Assembly: GCA_963696395.1 (NCBI GenBank)
Contig: CAVOJZ010000002.1
Span: 720,619 to 784,618, forward strand
Source of the DNA: an uncultured bacterium
GTDB taxonomy: Bacteria > Patescibacteriota > Minisyncoccia > UBA6257 > 2-01-FULL-56-20
Reading direction: 5' to 3'
DNA length: 64,000 bases
Within the stretch, counting starts at the first letter, position 1, and the number at the start of each line of letters is the position of its first letter. A program made the translations under genes and the position numbers. Shown here one piece after another: positions 36,630 to 45,307 of this stretch. Under the pieces are notes generated by a model. The model searched no databases and was not told the origin of the DNA. It saw nothing but the letters and a program-made list of their open reading frames with translations.

Positions 36630-37760
36630 ATGTTGAGCGGCTTTAAGAAGCTTTTGGTTTTATTATGCTTTGCGGTAATTTGCACACTTTTCACTGTGCC
36701 TTTTGCACGCGCCCAGTTTACAGCTTCAACAACAGTCAATATCAGCGTCTGCGGCAACGGCATCGTGGAGCCACCGCTTGAGGTTTGTGATGATGGCGTG
36801 AACAACGGGCAATACGCAACGTCTGCGGCCGGCCGAAATTGCTTGCCCGATTGCAGCGGCTGGGGACCATACTGCGGCGACGGAATTCTGCAGCCTTTGT
36901 TCGGTGAACAGTGTGATGACGGTAATAATATTTCCGGTGACGGATGTTCTGCAACATGTCAAATTGAGTCACTCCAACAAACCGGAGGCGGCGGAGGCGG
37001 CGGGGGAGGCGGGGGAATTTCCGGCGGCACATTTACGGAACCGAACCCCACCGAAGTGATCATTAAAGGGAAGGCATATCCTGGCTCGAGCGTAAGTATT
37101 CTCGACGACGGTACAACGATCGGCGTTGTCCAGGCGGATACCAGCGCCAATTTCTATTTTTCAACGACTAACATTTCTCCGGGCGTCGCAACGTTCGGAT
37201 TTTGGGCACAGGATTCGCAAGGCCTAAAATCAATCGCCCTCACGACCACGGTGACCATAACCGCCAACGCGGCGACAACGATCTCGGGAGAGTTCTTGCC
37301 GCCGACGATTGCGATTGATAAGCGCCAAATAGCGAAAGGTAATATTCTTACAATCTCCGGGCAATCGGTGCCGTCGGCAACCGTCGAGACCTATATCCAT
37401 TCCGGAAACCAAATTATGCTTGCGACGAGCACTGATGCAAGCGGCAATTGGAAGATCCTTTTCGACACAAAGCCGCTCGATAACAACCAGCTCCATACCG
37501 TGGATGCGGATTTTGTAACCACCGACAACGGCGCCGTGGCGCGCAGCGAAATAAGCCAATCGCTGTCGTTTTTTGTCGGTTCAGGCAGTGCCGGGAAAAG
37601 CTATCTCGCCGACCTGAACGGCGACGGCAAGGTGAATCTCGCCGATTTTTCCATATTGCTCTATTATTGGGGCACAAGCACCCCGCTTGCCGACCTCAAT
37701 GGCGACGGTAAGGTGGATTTGCAAGACCTGAGCATATTGCTGTATTACTGGACCGGCTGA
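36630..37760 (+). CDS. secreted protein with Myxococcus-type Cys-rich repeats, Ig-like domains and a C-terminal tandem dockerin
   Basis: Signal peptide. Cys repeats ([20 protein letters not shown]...[29 protein letters not shown]). Poly-Gly linker. Dockerin pair [22 protein letters not shown]...[20 protein letters not shown]. Confidence 0.75.
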   Translation: MLSGFKKLLVLLCFAVICTLFTVPFARAQFTASTTVNISVCGNGIVEPPLEVCDDGVNNGQYATSAAGRNCLPDCSGWGPYCGDGILQPLFGEQCDDGNNISGDGCSATCQIESLQQTGGGGGGGGGGGISGGTFTEPNPTEVIIKGKAYPGSSVSILDDGTTIGVVQADTSANFYFSTTNISPGVATFGFWAQDSQGLKSIALTTTVTITANAATTISGEFLPPTIAIDKRQIAKGNILTISGQSVPSATVETYIHSGNQIMLATSTDASGNWKILFDTKPLDNNQLHTVDADFVTTDNGAVARSEISQSLSFFVGSGSAGKSYLADLNGDGKVNLADFSILLYYWGTSTPLADLNGDGKVDLQDLSILLYYWTG

Positions 37761-37844
37761 TAATCCAGACTTGAAACTTTTCGGACCGCTCGTACGTATG
37801 TACTGATGCGGCAGAGCTCGTTTTATGATTAGGGTCGATGCCGT

Positions 37845-38705
37845 ATGAAAAAAAACTATATAACTCTTATGAACAAAAATATCGCTATACTTTTGACAGC
37901 AGTGGGATTTGTTGCGAGTTTTGCGGTGGTTGCCCCGGTATTCGCGCAAACGCAGGCTCAGGGACATCTTAATATACCGAACGGTATGAATTTCCGCTTC
38001 GGGATGCATGGCGGTCTCACGAACGGATTTATGCCGGGCGTGTTTGGTACGGTGAGTGCCATTAATGGTACGACGCTTACCGTGACAAGCAAGGTGAGGC
38101 CGAATGCAACAACAACGTCACCGATGGTGTATACCATTGATGCGAGCAATGCAACGGTAATGAAGAATGGCACCAGCTCCAGCATCTCAAGCGTCGCTAC
38201 GGGGGACATGGTCATGGTGCAGGGTACGGTGAGTGGATCAAACGTCACGGCGACGATGATCCGGGACGGCGTCGGTATGACGGGCAGGGGCGGTTTCAGC
38301 TTTCCGGGAAGGGCAACTTCAACGGCAACAAACGCTACGCCACCTATCCAGGGCAACGGTGAGCCCGTAATCGGAGGCAGCGTGACCGCGATTAACGGAT
38401 CGACACTGACTGTAACGAACGCAAGTAATGTCACCTATACGATTGATGTATCAAATGCAAAGATCGTAAAGAACGGCGTGACGTCAACGGTCTCGGCTGT
38501 CGCGACTGGCGACAATGTTATCGTGCAGGGCACGGTAAACGGCACGTCTGTAGTTGCGTCGTCCGTTATTGATCAAGTCAAGACGGGTGGTAATGGAAAC
38601 GGAACGCCGAACACAGCTCTTCCAGCCAACGCCTCGCCGACCCGCATCAATTTCGGATTCTTGGGATCCATCGGGAGTTTCTTCAAGCGCATTTTCGGCT
38701 TCTAG
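37845..38705 (+). CDS. secreted protein with two internal repeats of about 75 aa (DUF5666-like)
   Basis: Signal peptide. Repeat 1 (TVSAINGTTLTVTSK...YTIDASNATVMKNG..SSISSVATGDMVMVQGTVSGSNVTA) aligns with repeat 2 (SVTAINGSTLTVTNASNVTYTIDVSNAKIVKNG.TSTVSAVATGDNVIVQGTVNGTSVVA). Confidence 0.6.
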   Translation: MKKNYITLMNKNIAILLTAVGFVASFAVVAPVFAQTQAQGHLNIPNGMNFRFGMHGGLTNGFMPGVFGTVSAINGTTLTVTSKVRPNATTTSPMVYTIDASNATVMKNGTSSSISSVATGDMVMVQGTVSGSNVTATMIRDGVGMTGRGGFSFPGRATSTATNATPPIQGNGEPVIGGSVTAINGSTLTVTNASNVTYTIDVSNAKIVKNGVTSTVSAVATGDNVIVQGTVNGTSVVASSVIDQVKTGGNGNGTPNTALPANASPTRINFGFLGSIGSFFKRIFGF

Positions 38706-38719
38706 AAACAAAATAAAAA

Positions 38720-38766
38720 CCGCCGTCCCCGCGCGTGAGGCGCCGCCGGACGGCGGTTTTTTTATT
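38720..38766 (+). terminator. rho-independent terminator ending the long plus-strand block
   Basis: Perfect 9-bp stem CCGCCGTCC...GGACGGCGG followed by TTTTTTTATTTT. Confidence 0.8.
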
Positions 38767-38814
38767 TTAAGAGAAGTGTGGGCGGGGAAATGGCAATCGA
38801 TTCCGTATAGTATA

Positions 38815-39450
38815 ATGAATGAAACAATGACATATAAAACACTGATAACCAGGGAGTGGGTGAGATCATTTCTCGTTGCCCTGATTCTCTTGGGGCTCGC
38901 GATTGTGTTCCAGTTTTATGCATCCAACTATTCGAGCCGCGTTTCGAGTAATTTTGTGCACGATATCCTTCTCGACAACCTTCCAATCGTTAATTTGAAT
39001 CTTATCATCATCGAAGGAGCGCTCGCAGCCATTGTCGTGAGCATCATCCTCTTGCTCTATAAACCCGAATATATCGTATTCACTATTAAAGCGGTTGCCA
39101 TATTTATAGCGACAAGAGCTGTCTTTGTCGCTTCGACTCATCTTGGTATTTATCCCGGACAGATTAATCCCGATACGGGTTTTTTTGATCGCATCTATAC
39201 CGGACTTGGCCTTGAGGCCGGGTTTTTCTTTTCAGGGCACACAGGATTGCCATTTCTCATGGCGCTGATTTTCTGGGACGAGAAAATATGGCGTTATTGC
39301 TACCTTGCCATCTCGATTATTTTTGGCATATCGGTGCTGTTTGCCCACGTGCATTACACGATAGACGTCCTCGCCGCCCCGTATATGACCTATTCAATTT
39401 ATAAGCTATCCCAATACTTTTTTGCCGAAGATTTTAAAGCATTGCCTTAG
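38815..39450 (+). CDS. PAP2-superfamily integral membrane protein (lipid phosphatase/phosphotransferase-like)
   Basis: Multi-TM protein with PAP2 motifs SGHTG and HVHYTIDV (H...D). Start set at MNETMTYK, which is preceded by TATAAT. The upstream part of the frame overlaps the previous gene. Confidence 0.6.
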   Translation: MNETMTYKTLITREWVRSFLVALILLGLAIVFQFYASNYSSRVSSNFVHDILLDNLPIVNLNLIIIEGALAAIVVSIILLLYKPEYIVFTIKAVAIFIATRAVFVASTHLGIYPGQINPDTGFFDRIYTGLGLEAGFFFSGHTGLPFLMALIFWDEKIWRYCYLAISIIFGISVLFAHVHYTIDVLAAPYMTYSIYKLSQYFFAEDFKALP

Positions 39451-39465
39451 GGGTTTGCTCGAGCA

Positions 39466-39499
39466 TAAAAAAACAGCCTTCATCAAAGGCTGTTTTTTT
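39466..39499. terminator. bidirectional rho-independent terminator
   Basis: Stem ACAGCCTT...AAGGCTGT flanked by an A-run and a T-run. It sits between convergent genes (38815..39450 plus, 39518..40018 minus). Confidence 0.75.
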
Positions 39500-39517
39500 A
39501 TGCCGCAGGGAAGAAGC

Positions 39518-40018
39518 TTAGAGTCCAAGCTTGGCTTTCAGGATTGAAATCAACTGCTTCATCACCTGAACTTCCGTAGCCATCAAATTAATGCGGTTCT
39601 GATCAATGGGACCGGCAACCGAAGTATTTACGATGCTCGCTCCAAGGACGGAGCCCGGAACGGTGATCGCGTATGTTTGTGTATCACCTCCGCTCACTGC
39701 GACTTTCACGGCATACGATTTTCCGCCGATCATATTGAAAGTTGAATAGGGGAGGTAGGTGTACGAGCAAGTTCCCGGAGCGATAGTCGAGCCTGATTGG
39801 CTCGGAACCGAAACGCCGTTCGCCGTAACCACTACGGAAGCCGCCGTTGTCTGCGCTGCAGTTCCGTTATTGCAAACGGAGAAGCCGAAGCTCGACGCAT
39901 CATTCGCCCGCTGACCGAGGGATCCATTCACAATTACTGCGCCTGCGGCGAATGCAATCGCCGAAACGCTTACGACCGTTATGACCGCAAAACTGAAACC
40001 GACGATTAATTTGTTCAT
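39518..40018 (-). CDS. small secreted protein, function unknown
   Basis: Internal Met gives the signal peptide MNKLIVGFSFAVITVVSVSAIAFAAG. The remainder is beta-rich. The six-frame ORF was trimmed to this start. Confidence 0.5.
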   Translation of the reverse strand: MNKLIVGFSFAVITVVSVSAIAFAAGAVIVNGSLGQRANDASSFGFSVCNNGTAAQTTAASVVVTANGVSVPSQSGSTIAPGTCSYTYLPYSTFNMIGGKSYAVKVAVSGGDTQTYAITVPGSVLGASIVNTSVAGPIDQNRINLMATEVQVMKQLISILKAKLGL

Positions 40019-40090
40019 GATAACAGTATAACACAGAGACAATAATAACGCAAGTCGGTGGAACTGCCTCGTTTGGGCTATAATTGAAGC

Positions 40091-40510
40091 ATGCCTCGGA
40101 TTGACCGCGCCATGAAAGCAATTCTTGGGATAATAGCCTTTTTGTCCATTGTCATCGTGGTGCTTGTTTTCTTTTTTGTCCGGCAATCGATTATCCTCCG
40201 CCGTGAGCAGGTATTGAGCGCGCGCGAATTGTGGATTTCAAATCTTTTAAAACAGCACGGTTCGCCGACGCAAAGCGACGTAGTATTCATTCGACCCTGG
40301 ATGACATTCGATTATGTAAACCAGCTCTTTAAGCTTCCCCCTGGTTATTTGGAAGCTCACCTTTCAATCACCGATTCCGGGTACCCCCACGTGACCTTAT
40401 CAAGTTATGCCCAGCACAATAATCTGAATACGAACGCATTCCTTTCGAGCGTCGACGACGCGATCGTCCAATATCTCACGCCTGCGGCAAGTTCGACGAC
40501 ACGGGGATAA
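40091..40510 (+). CDS. hypothetical membrane-anchored protein
   Basis: N-terminal TM (ILGIIAFLSIVIVVLVFFFV). No recognisable motif. Confidence 0.4.
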   Translation: MPRIDRAMKAILGIIAFLSIVIVVLVFFFVRQSIILRREQVLSARELWISNLLKQHGSPTQSDVVFIRPWMTFDYVNQLFKLPPGYLEAHLSITDSGYPHVTLSSYAQHNNLNTNAFLSSVDDAIVQYLTPAASSTTRG

Positions 40511-40518
40511 CGAATTCG

Positions 40519-41118
40519 ATGACCGAGATTCTAGCACCTCTGCTTTCGTACGTTTTACTCTATAAGTATGTCGCGGTCGGTTTGATTGTTTATACGAGTG
40601 CGGTGATATTGCCCCTCCCGACAAATGCCATGTTGCTCGCGGTCGGCGCATTCGCAAGTCAGGGATATTTTAACTATTGGATTTTGGTGCCGCTCGCCAT
40701 CATTGCGAATACGCTCGGCGACCTCACCGACTACGGGCTCGCGCGTTATTACGGCGACGCCGCAATCAGGCTCTTGCACCTGCATAAAATAAAATTTTAC
40801 AACGAATTAAAAGAAGAGCTCCGAACGGACGCCGCGGTAACCGTTTTTATTACGCGGTTTGCAGGCTCATTAAGCCCCGTCGCGGCGTTGCTGGCGGGCC
40901 TTGTCGAGGTTCCGTTCGGAACGTTCTTTTTTTATGATCTTTTGGGCAATATTATTGAACCTGGAGCCGCCCTAACCATTGGGTTTGCCGTGGGAAATTA
41001 TTGGAGCGATTTTTCAAGCTCATTCGATTTGTTCGCCGGGATAGCCGCCGCCGGAATCGTGCTCTTTGTTTTGATGCGCATCTACCGTAGGATGATGAAG
41101 CATCGCAATCTGGAATAA
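40519..41118 (+). CDS. DedA/VTT (SNARE-associated) family membrane protein
   Basis: Polytopic protein with a DedA-like core (VAVGLIVYTSAVILPLP...ANTLGDLTDYGLARYYG). Confidence 0.55.
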   Translation: MTEILAPLLSYVLLYKYVAVGLIVYTSAVILPLPTNAMLLAVGAFASQGYFNYWILVPLAIIANTLGDLTDYGLARYYGDAAIRLLHLHKIKFYNELKEELRTDAAVTVFITRFAGSLSPVAALLAGLVEVPFGTFFFYDLLGNIIEPGAALTIGFAVGNYWSDFSSSFDLFAGIAAAGIVLFVLMRIYRRMMKHRNLE

Positions 41119-41122
41119 AAAC

Positions 41123-41908
41123 ATGGACACTTCATGGGAAAAATCGGCCGGTTGGTATGATGCCTTGCTCGCGGGCGAGGGGACATACCAAAAGGAATTG
41201 ATATTGCCAAATATTTTGCGGCTGATGGATATCCGCGACGGGGAAACCGTGCTCGATCTTGCTTGCGGGCAGGGCTTTTTCGCCCGTGAATTTGCAAAGA
41301 AAGGGGCTATGGTAGTTGGCGTGGACGCCTCCCGCTCGCTTATTGAAATTGCCCGAAAGGCGATTCCCGCGACCGTTGATCCGGAAAAATTTTCATTCCA
41401 CGTTGCAAAAGCCGAATCCCTGCCGTTTTTAAAGAATAAAAGCGTTCAGAAGGTCGCAATCATCCTTGCTCTCCAGAACATCGAGAATGCTGCCGACGTA
41501 CTCCGCGAATGTTCGCGAATTCTTACGCCCGATGGATCGCTTCATGTCGTCGTGAACCATCCGGCTTTCCGAGTTCCGCAGGAAAGCGGTTGGGGGTGGG
41601 ATGAAAAAAAGAAAGTGCAGTTCCGGAGGATTGACCGCTATCTTTCGGAATCAAAAGTAAAAATTCAAATGCATCCTGGTGACAAACCCGGGGATTTTAC
41701 ATGGTCATTTCATCGCCCCATGCAATTTTATATAAAGGCGCTCCACAAAGCGGGATTCGCAGTCTCCGCGCTCGAAGAATGGAATTCGCATAAGAAAAGC
41801 GAGGCGGGGCCGCGCGCGAAAGCCGAGGACCTGGCGCGTAAAGAAATCCCGCTCTTTCTCTATGTGGAAGCGCGTCATTTGGAAAGACTAAGGAACGGAT
41901 CCAAATAA
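41123..41908 (+). CDS. class I SAM-dependent methyltransferase
   Basis: Motif I VLDLACGQGFFAREFAKKGAMVVGVDAS. Post-I acidic residue and motif II region LTPDGSLHVVV. Confidence 0.8.
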   Translation: MDTSWEKSAGWYDALLAGEGTYQKELILPNILRLMDIRDGETVLDLACGQGFFAREFAKKGAMVVGVDASRSLIEIARKAIPATVDPEKFSFHVAKAESLPFLKNKSVQKVAIILALQNIENAADVLRECSRILTPDGSLHVVVNHPAFRVPQESGWGWDEKKKVQFRRIDRYLSESKVKIQMHPGDKPGDFTWSFHRPMQFYIKALHKAGFAVSALEEWNSHKKSEAGPRAKAEDLARKEIPLFLYVEARHLERLRNGSK

Positions 41909-43440
41909 TCTATGGCGATTCCGCCGAAAGAACCGTCTGAATTGAACGCTCCCGCGATCGCAGCGGCTTGAGTGGCGAGTTCTGTTCGGGAGGTGCCGTT
42001 AAAGGTCACGTAGCTCGGTGATACCGGCCCCGTTTCCTGCGCGACGAGAACTTTTACGTTAGTTGCGTCGGCTTCCGTCACTTCGGTTTGAGCGAGCGAA
42101 ATCGAACCACCATCGCCGCCTGCAAAGTTTCGATACGCCATCACAATCATGCGATTGCCCGCTGATTTATTTAGAAGGGCAAAGATTAGATTATCCACAT
42201 AATTGGTGGAACCATTAACCGTGATTTCCGGCGTCCACTTCACCCCATCGTCAAAAAAGTGGGGGACGACAATGGTGAGCGGGAGGCGGCTATTCGCAGT
42301 TTGCGTAGCTAAAGTTGCAATTAGCTGGACGTAGTTTGTGAGGACGATTGGTGTGTTCGTGTTATAACCGGGGAGCAGATATGGCTCGATATCGAATTGA
42401 ACGCCGCGAAATTTTTGTGTGTGCGACTGATTGTAAGAAGCTACGAAGGACACGATTTCCGGCGCTTCATACGTATCGCCGGGTTGACCCCAGACTCGTG
42501 CGCCGGCTTCGGCGTCAACCGCAATATTTTTTTGTGCAGCGAGGCCGATAAAAGTTGCAACGTTTTGTTCGTAGGCGTTGATCGCTTGTTCTCCCTGGGT
42601 CTCAATCGAAAGATATTCATCGACGGTGATATAGATGGCGTTGAAATTATTTTCAGCCGCTTCGTTCACGATCTGCTGCATCGCCGCAGGCGACATCCCG
42701 CTTATCGGCGTCCAGACCCAGACGCCGAGTTCTTTGCCAGGCGGAACTGAGAGCACGGTCGTTGCCGTTTGGGTTTGCGGTGTGGCTTCGGCAGCCTGCG
42801 GGAGCGTTTGTCCCGTCGAAGCATTACTGCATGCGTCGGATCCGTTGCCGGCGGAAAGACAGGCTTCTATGGTTGCATCGCCAGGCGCGAGCGGCGCTGT
42901 GCGCTCGGTTGCGAGCGAAATATCTAATTCCCGCCCGGGGGCAAGGCTGCCAAGATTCCAATAATAGCCATCGGCCGTCGCTTGTGGCGCCGAAGAAACA
43001 AATGCTTCGTTTGTTGCATAGTAAACCGAAATGCTTGCTGACTGGCATATGGTGTCGCCCAGGTTTTTAGCGGAAAGCGTATAGTGCATGGCGCTCGCGG
43101 TCTGAAGATTGCCACCGGTTTGATTAAAAGCGAGCGCCAAAACACAGCCGCTCGTTGCTTCCGGTGTCGGTGAGGGTTTTGCCTGGGGGACGAGGGAAAG
43201 ATTGGTGTCAACCTGCTTTTGGGTTTGAGGTTTAATCGTCGAAAGAGGAGCCGTTCCCGACGGCACGGTCATTGCTGTTGCTATTGTTGTCGAAGTCGGT
43301 TCCGTTGACGTGGCAGCCGGCTGTTGCGCCGAAGCATCGGGAGAGATCGTTTCGTTTCGTTTGTATGACGCAATCATAATAGTGGCGATGGCGCACATAC
43401 CGGCAGCAGCCGCAAGGATGAGTCTGGTTTTTTTGTTCAT
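41875..43440 (-). CDS. secreted protein with a putative glycan-hydrolase-like (TIM-barrel, DUF4015/GH-like) C-terminal domain
   Basis: Signal peptide and an Ig/DUF11-like N-terminal domain. The catalytic-like region (NFNAIYITVDEYL...AVDAEAGARVWGQPG...KFRGVQFDIEPYLLPGY) is shared with 54653..56149 and 56379..57395. The start overlaps the GT2 stop. Confidence 0.6.
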   Translation of the reverse strand: MNKKTRLILAAAAGMCAIATIMIASYKRNETISPDASAQQPAATSTEPTSTTIATAMTVPSGTAPLSTIKPQTQKQVDTNLSLVPQAKPSPTPEATSGCVLALAFNQTGGNLQTASAMHYTLSAKNLGDTICQSASISVYYATNEAFVSSAPQATADGYYWNLGSLAPGRELDISLATERTAPLAPGDATIEACLSAGNGSDACSNASTGQTLPQAAEATPQTQTATTVLSVPPGKELGVWVWTPISGMSPAAMQQIVNEAAENNFNAIYITVDEYLSIETQGEQAINAYEQNVATFIGLAAQKNIAVDAEAGARVWGQPGDTYEAPEIVSFVASYNQSHTQKFRGVQFDIEPYLLPGYNTNTPIVLTNYVQLIATLATQTANSRLPLTIVVPHFFDDGVKWTPEITVNGSTNYVDNLIFALLNKSAGNRMIVMAYRNFAGGDGGSISLAQTEVTEADATNVKVLVAQETGPVSPSYVTFNGTSRTELATQAAAIAGAFNSDGSFGGIAIDYLDPFLSLSK

Positions 43441-44786
43441 GCGTCATTTACGCCTTTCCGTTGCCAGCGTTGCCACGTGACTTCACGGCGCGTCATAACT
43501 GTCCAGAGCGACTTTAGAAGGGCGTTATGTTCGACATAGGTTGATAGATAGAAAAGGAGCCAGCCGATGGGCGCCATGATAATGAATGACAGCTTTCGAG
43601 CTTCTTCCTTTTCATTGAATATTTGTATTGCAAACATGGATCCGACAACAATAATGCCCGATATAAAAACCGAAAAATTATTTGTCCAAAACGAATAAGC
43701 ATACAGAAATATGATAAAAAATATCTCTACGGACAGTTGCATATCGCCAAACAGCGCGAGCGGTAAAATAATCCAACTAACCAGTTTGTTGATGGGTCCT
43801 TCGGTTTCGAAAAATAGGGAGCGATATTTCCAGAAAGTCTGGACGCGTCCCTGCCTCCATCTCAGGCGTTGTTTCATGAGCCCGCGGACGTCGCTTGCGC
43901 CTTCAGTGTAGACAATGGAATCCGCAGCGTAGACAATTTTCATTCCGGCAAGCTGTATGCGCATGGTCAGCTCGATGTCTTCGGTGATAACCTCCGTTGT
44001 GTAGCCGCCGAGCTGCTCAAAAACTTCACGCCGGAACGCTCCGGCTGCACCGCCGATAATATAAACAGTATTCAGGACGGAGTCGGCTTTTTTGCAATAG
44101 AATGAAAAAAGATACTCCAGATATTGAACGGTGCCGACAAGGGTCCGGGTATTGCCAATCTTTACATTGCCCACCGCTGCCATGATCTTCGGGTCGGCAA
44201 ACCAGGCGACAAAATTTTCAACGGCATTCGGCATCACACTGCAGTCGGCGTCAATCGACATGATGATGTCGCCCGTTGAAAGCTCGATGCCGGCGTTCAA
44301 AGCGCGGGCTTTGCCGCCATTCTCTTTATAGTGGTATACGATGGATTTTCCGGGATGGAGATATTGCTCGGTTTCGTAGTCTTTTAAAAATCGGCGGATA
44401 AGAGCATCGGATTCGTCCGTTGAACCGTCGTTTACAATCACAAGCTCGATGAATTCATAAGTATTCAAAAGCACCGATTGTATCGTTCCGATAATACCCA
44501 CCTCTTCATTCCAGCATGGGATAATTACCGAAACCCGCGGACGGTATGTTGCTATGACGGAGCGAAATTTTGCATCATGCCTTGCTTTGATGATGTCGTA
44601 AATCGGCGAGAGGACCATGTAGGCAAAATACTTCGTGAGGAGAACTGATGCGAATATAACGATAATAGTTCGAAGCAGCGGGAACGTCGGGCGAATGATC
44701 GGGTGGAGAAAAAAAGTCGAAACAATCATGCCGATCGTTATCGCATAGAGACCGATATAGACCGCGATTTTAATTCCGTTTCGCAT
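43437..44786 (-). CDS. processive family-2 glycosyltransferase (membrane-embedded polysaccharide synthase type)
   Basis: GT2 motifs VIIPCWNEE, DGSTD, DADC, and the processive-synthase motif QRLRWRQG (QxxRW). TM helices flank the catalytic domain. Confidence 0.85.
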   Translation of the reverse strand: MRNGIKIAVYIGLYAITIGMIVSTFFLHPIIRPTFPLLRTIIVIFASVLLTKYFAYMVLSPIYDIIKARHDAKFRSVIATYRPRVSVIIPCWNEEVGIIGTIQSVLLNTYEFIELVIVNDGSTDESDALIRRFLKDYETEQYLHPGKSIVYHYKENGGKARALNAGIELSTGDIIMSIDADCSVMPNAVENFVAWFADPKIMAAVGNVKIGNTRTLVGTVQYLEYLFSFYCKKADSVLNTVYIIGGAAGAFRREVFEQLGGYTTEVITEDIELTMRIQLAGMKIVYAADSIVYTEGASDVRGLMKQRLRWRQGRVQTFWKYRSLFFETEGPINKLVSWIILPLALFGDMQLSVEIFFIIFLYAYSFWTNNFSVFISGIIVVGSMFAIQIFNEKEEARKLSFIIMAPIGWLLFYLSTYVEHNALLKSLWTVMTRREVTWQRWQRKGVNDA

Positions 44787-45083
44787 TTAGTGATGGATGC
44801 ACCACACCACATATTTTCCTGCGACGTTTGTCGCAAGAATCAGCATAAGAAAGAAAACGACCGCCTTATAGGAAGCATTTGAGAACATGGCGGCGAAATA
44901 CCAGATCGCTACTGCGGTTCCAATGCAAAAAAGGACGAATGCGATCGTAAAAATAACGTGGAGTGCCACGAGAAGAGCATTCGAAGCGTGGGAACGGGGG
45001 ATCGGCTGTCCTTCTTGCGAAAGCTCACGCGGAGAAGCCGGAATATATACGACACGCGTTTGATTGAGGGAGTCTGTCTTCAT
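44787..45083 (-). CDS. small integral membrane protein, co-transcribed upstream of the GT2 synthase
   Basis: 98 aa with three hydrophobic helices. Its stop abuts the GT2 start. Confidence 0.45.
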   Translation of the reverse strand: MKTDSLNQTRVVYIPASPRELSQEGQPIPRSHASNALLVALHVIFTIAFVLFCIGTAVAIWYFAAMFSNASYKAVVFFLMLILATNVAGKYVVWCIHH

Positions 45084-45150
45084 GTCGGTGCATTACGCAA
45101 TAGTACATACGGTTTATGCACCACAATTTGTTACCTTGTTTGAATGAAAC

Positions 45151-45179
45151 AAAAACCCCCGCAGATGCGGGGGTTTTTA
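45151..45179. terminator. bidirectional rho-independent terminator
   Basis: AAAAACCCCCGC-AGAT-GCGGGGGTTTTT, a perfect 7-bp GC stem flanked by an A-run and a T-run. Confidence 0.8.
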
Positions 45180-45307
45180 CCTTCTGAAGTTAAAAATGTT
45201 GTGCGATTCTGTAGAGCGCGATTGCACCGGTGACGCATCCGACGAAAAATACAATAAGGTAAGCCATGAAGTTACCATTATATCGCACTCCGTTTATTTT
45301 CCAAGGC

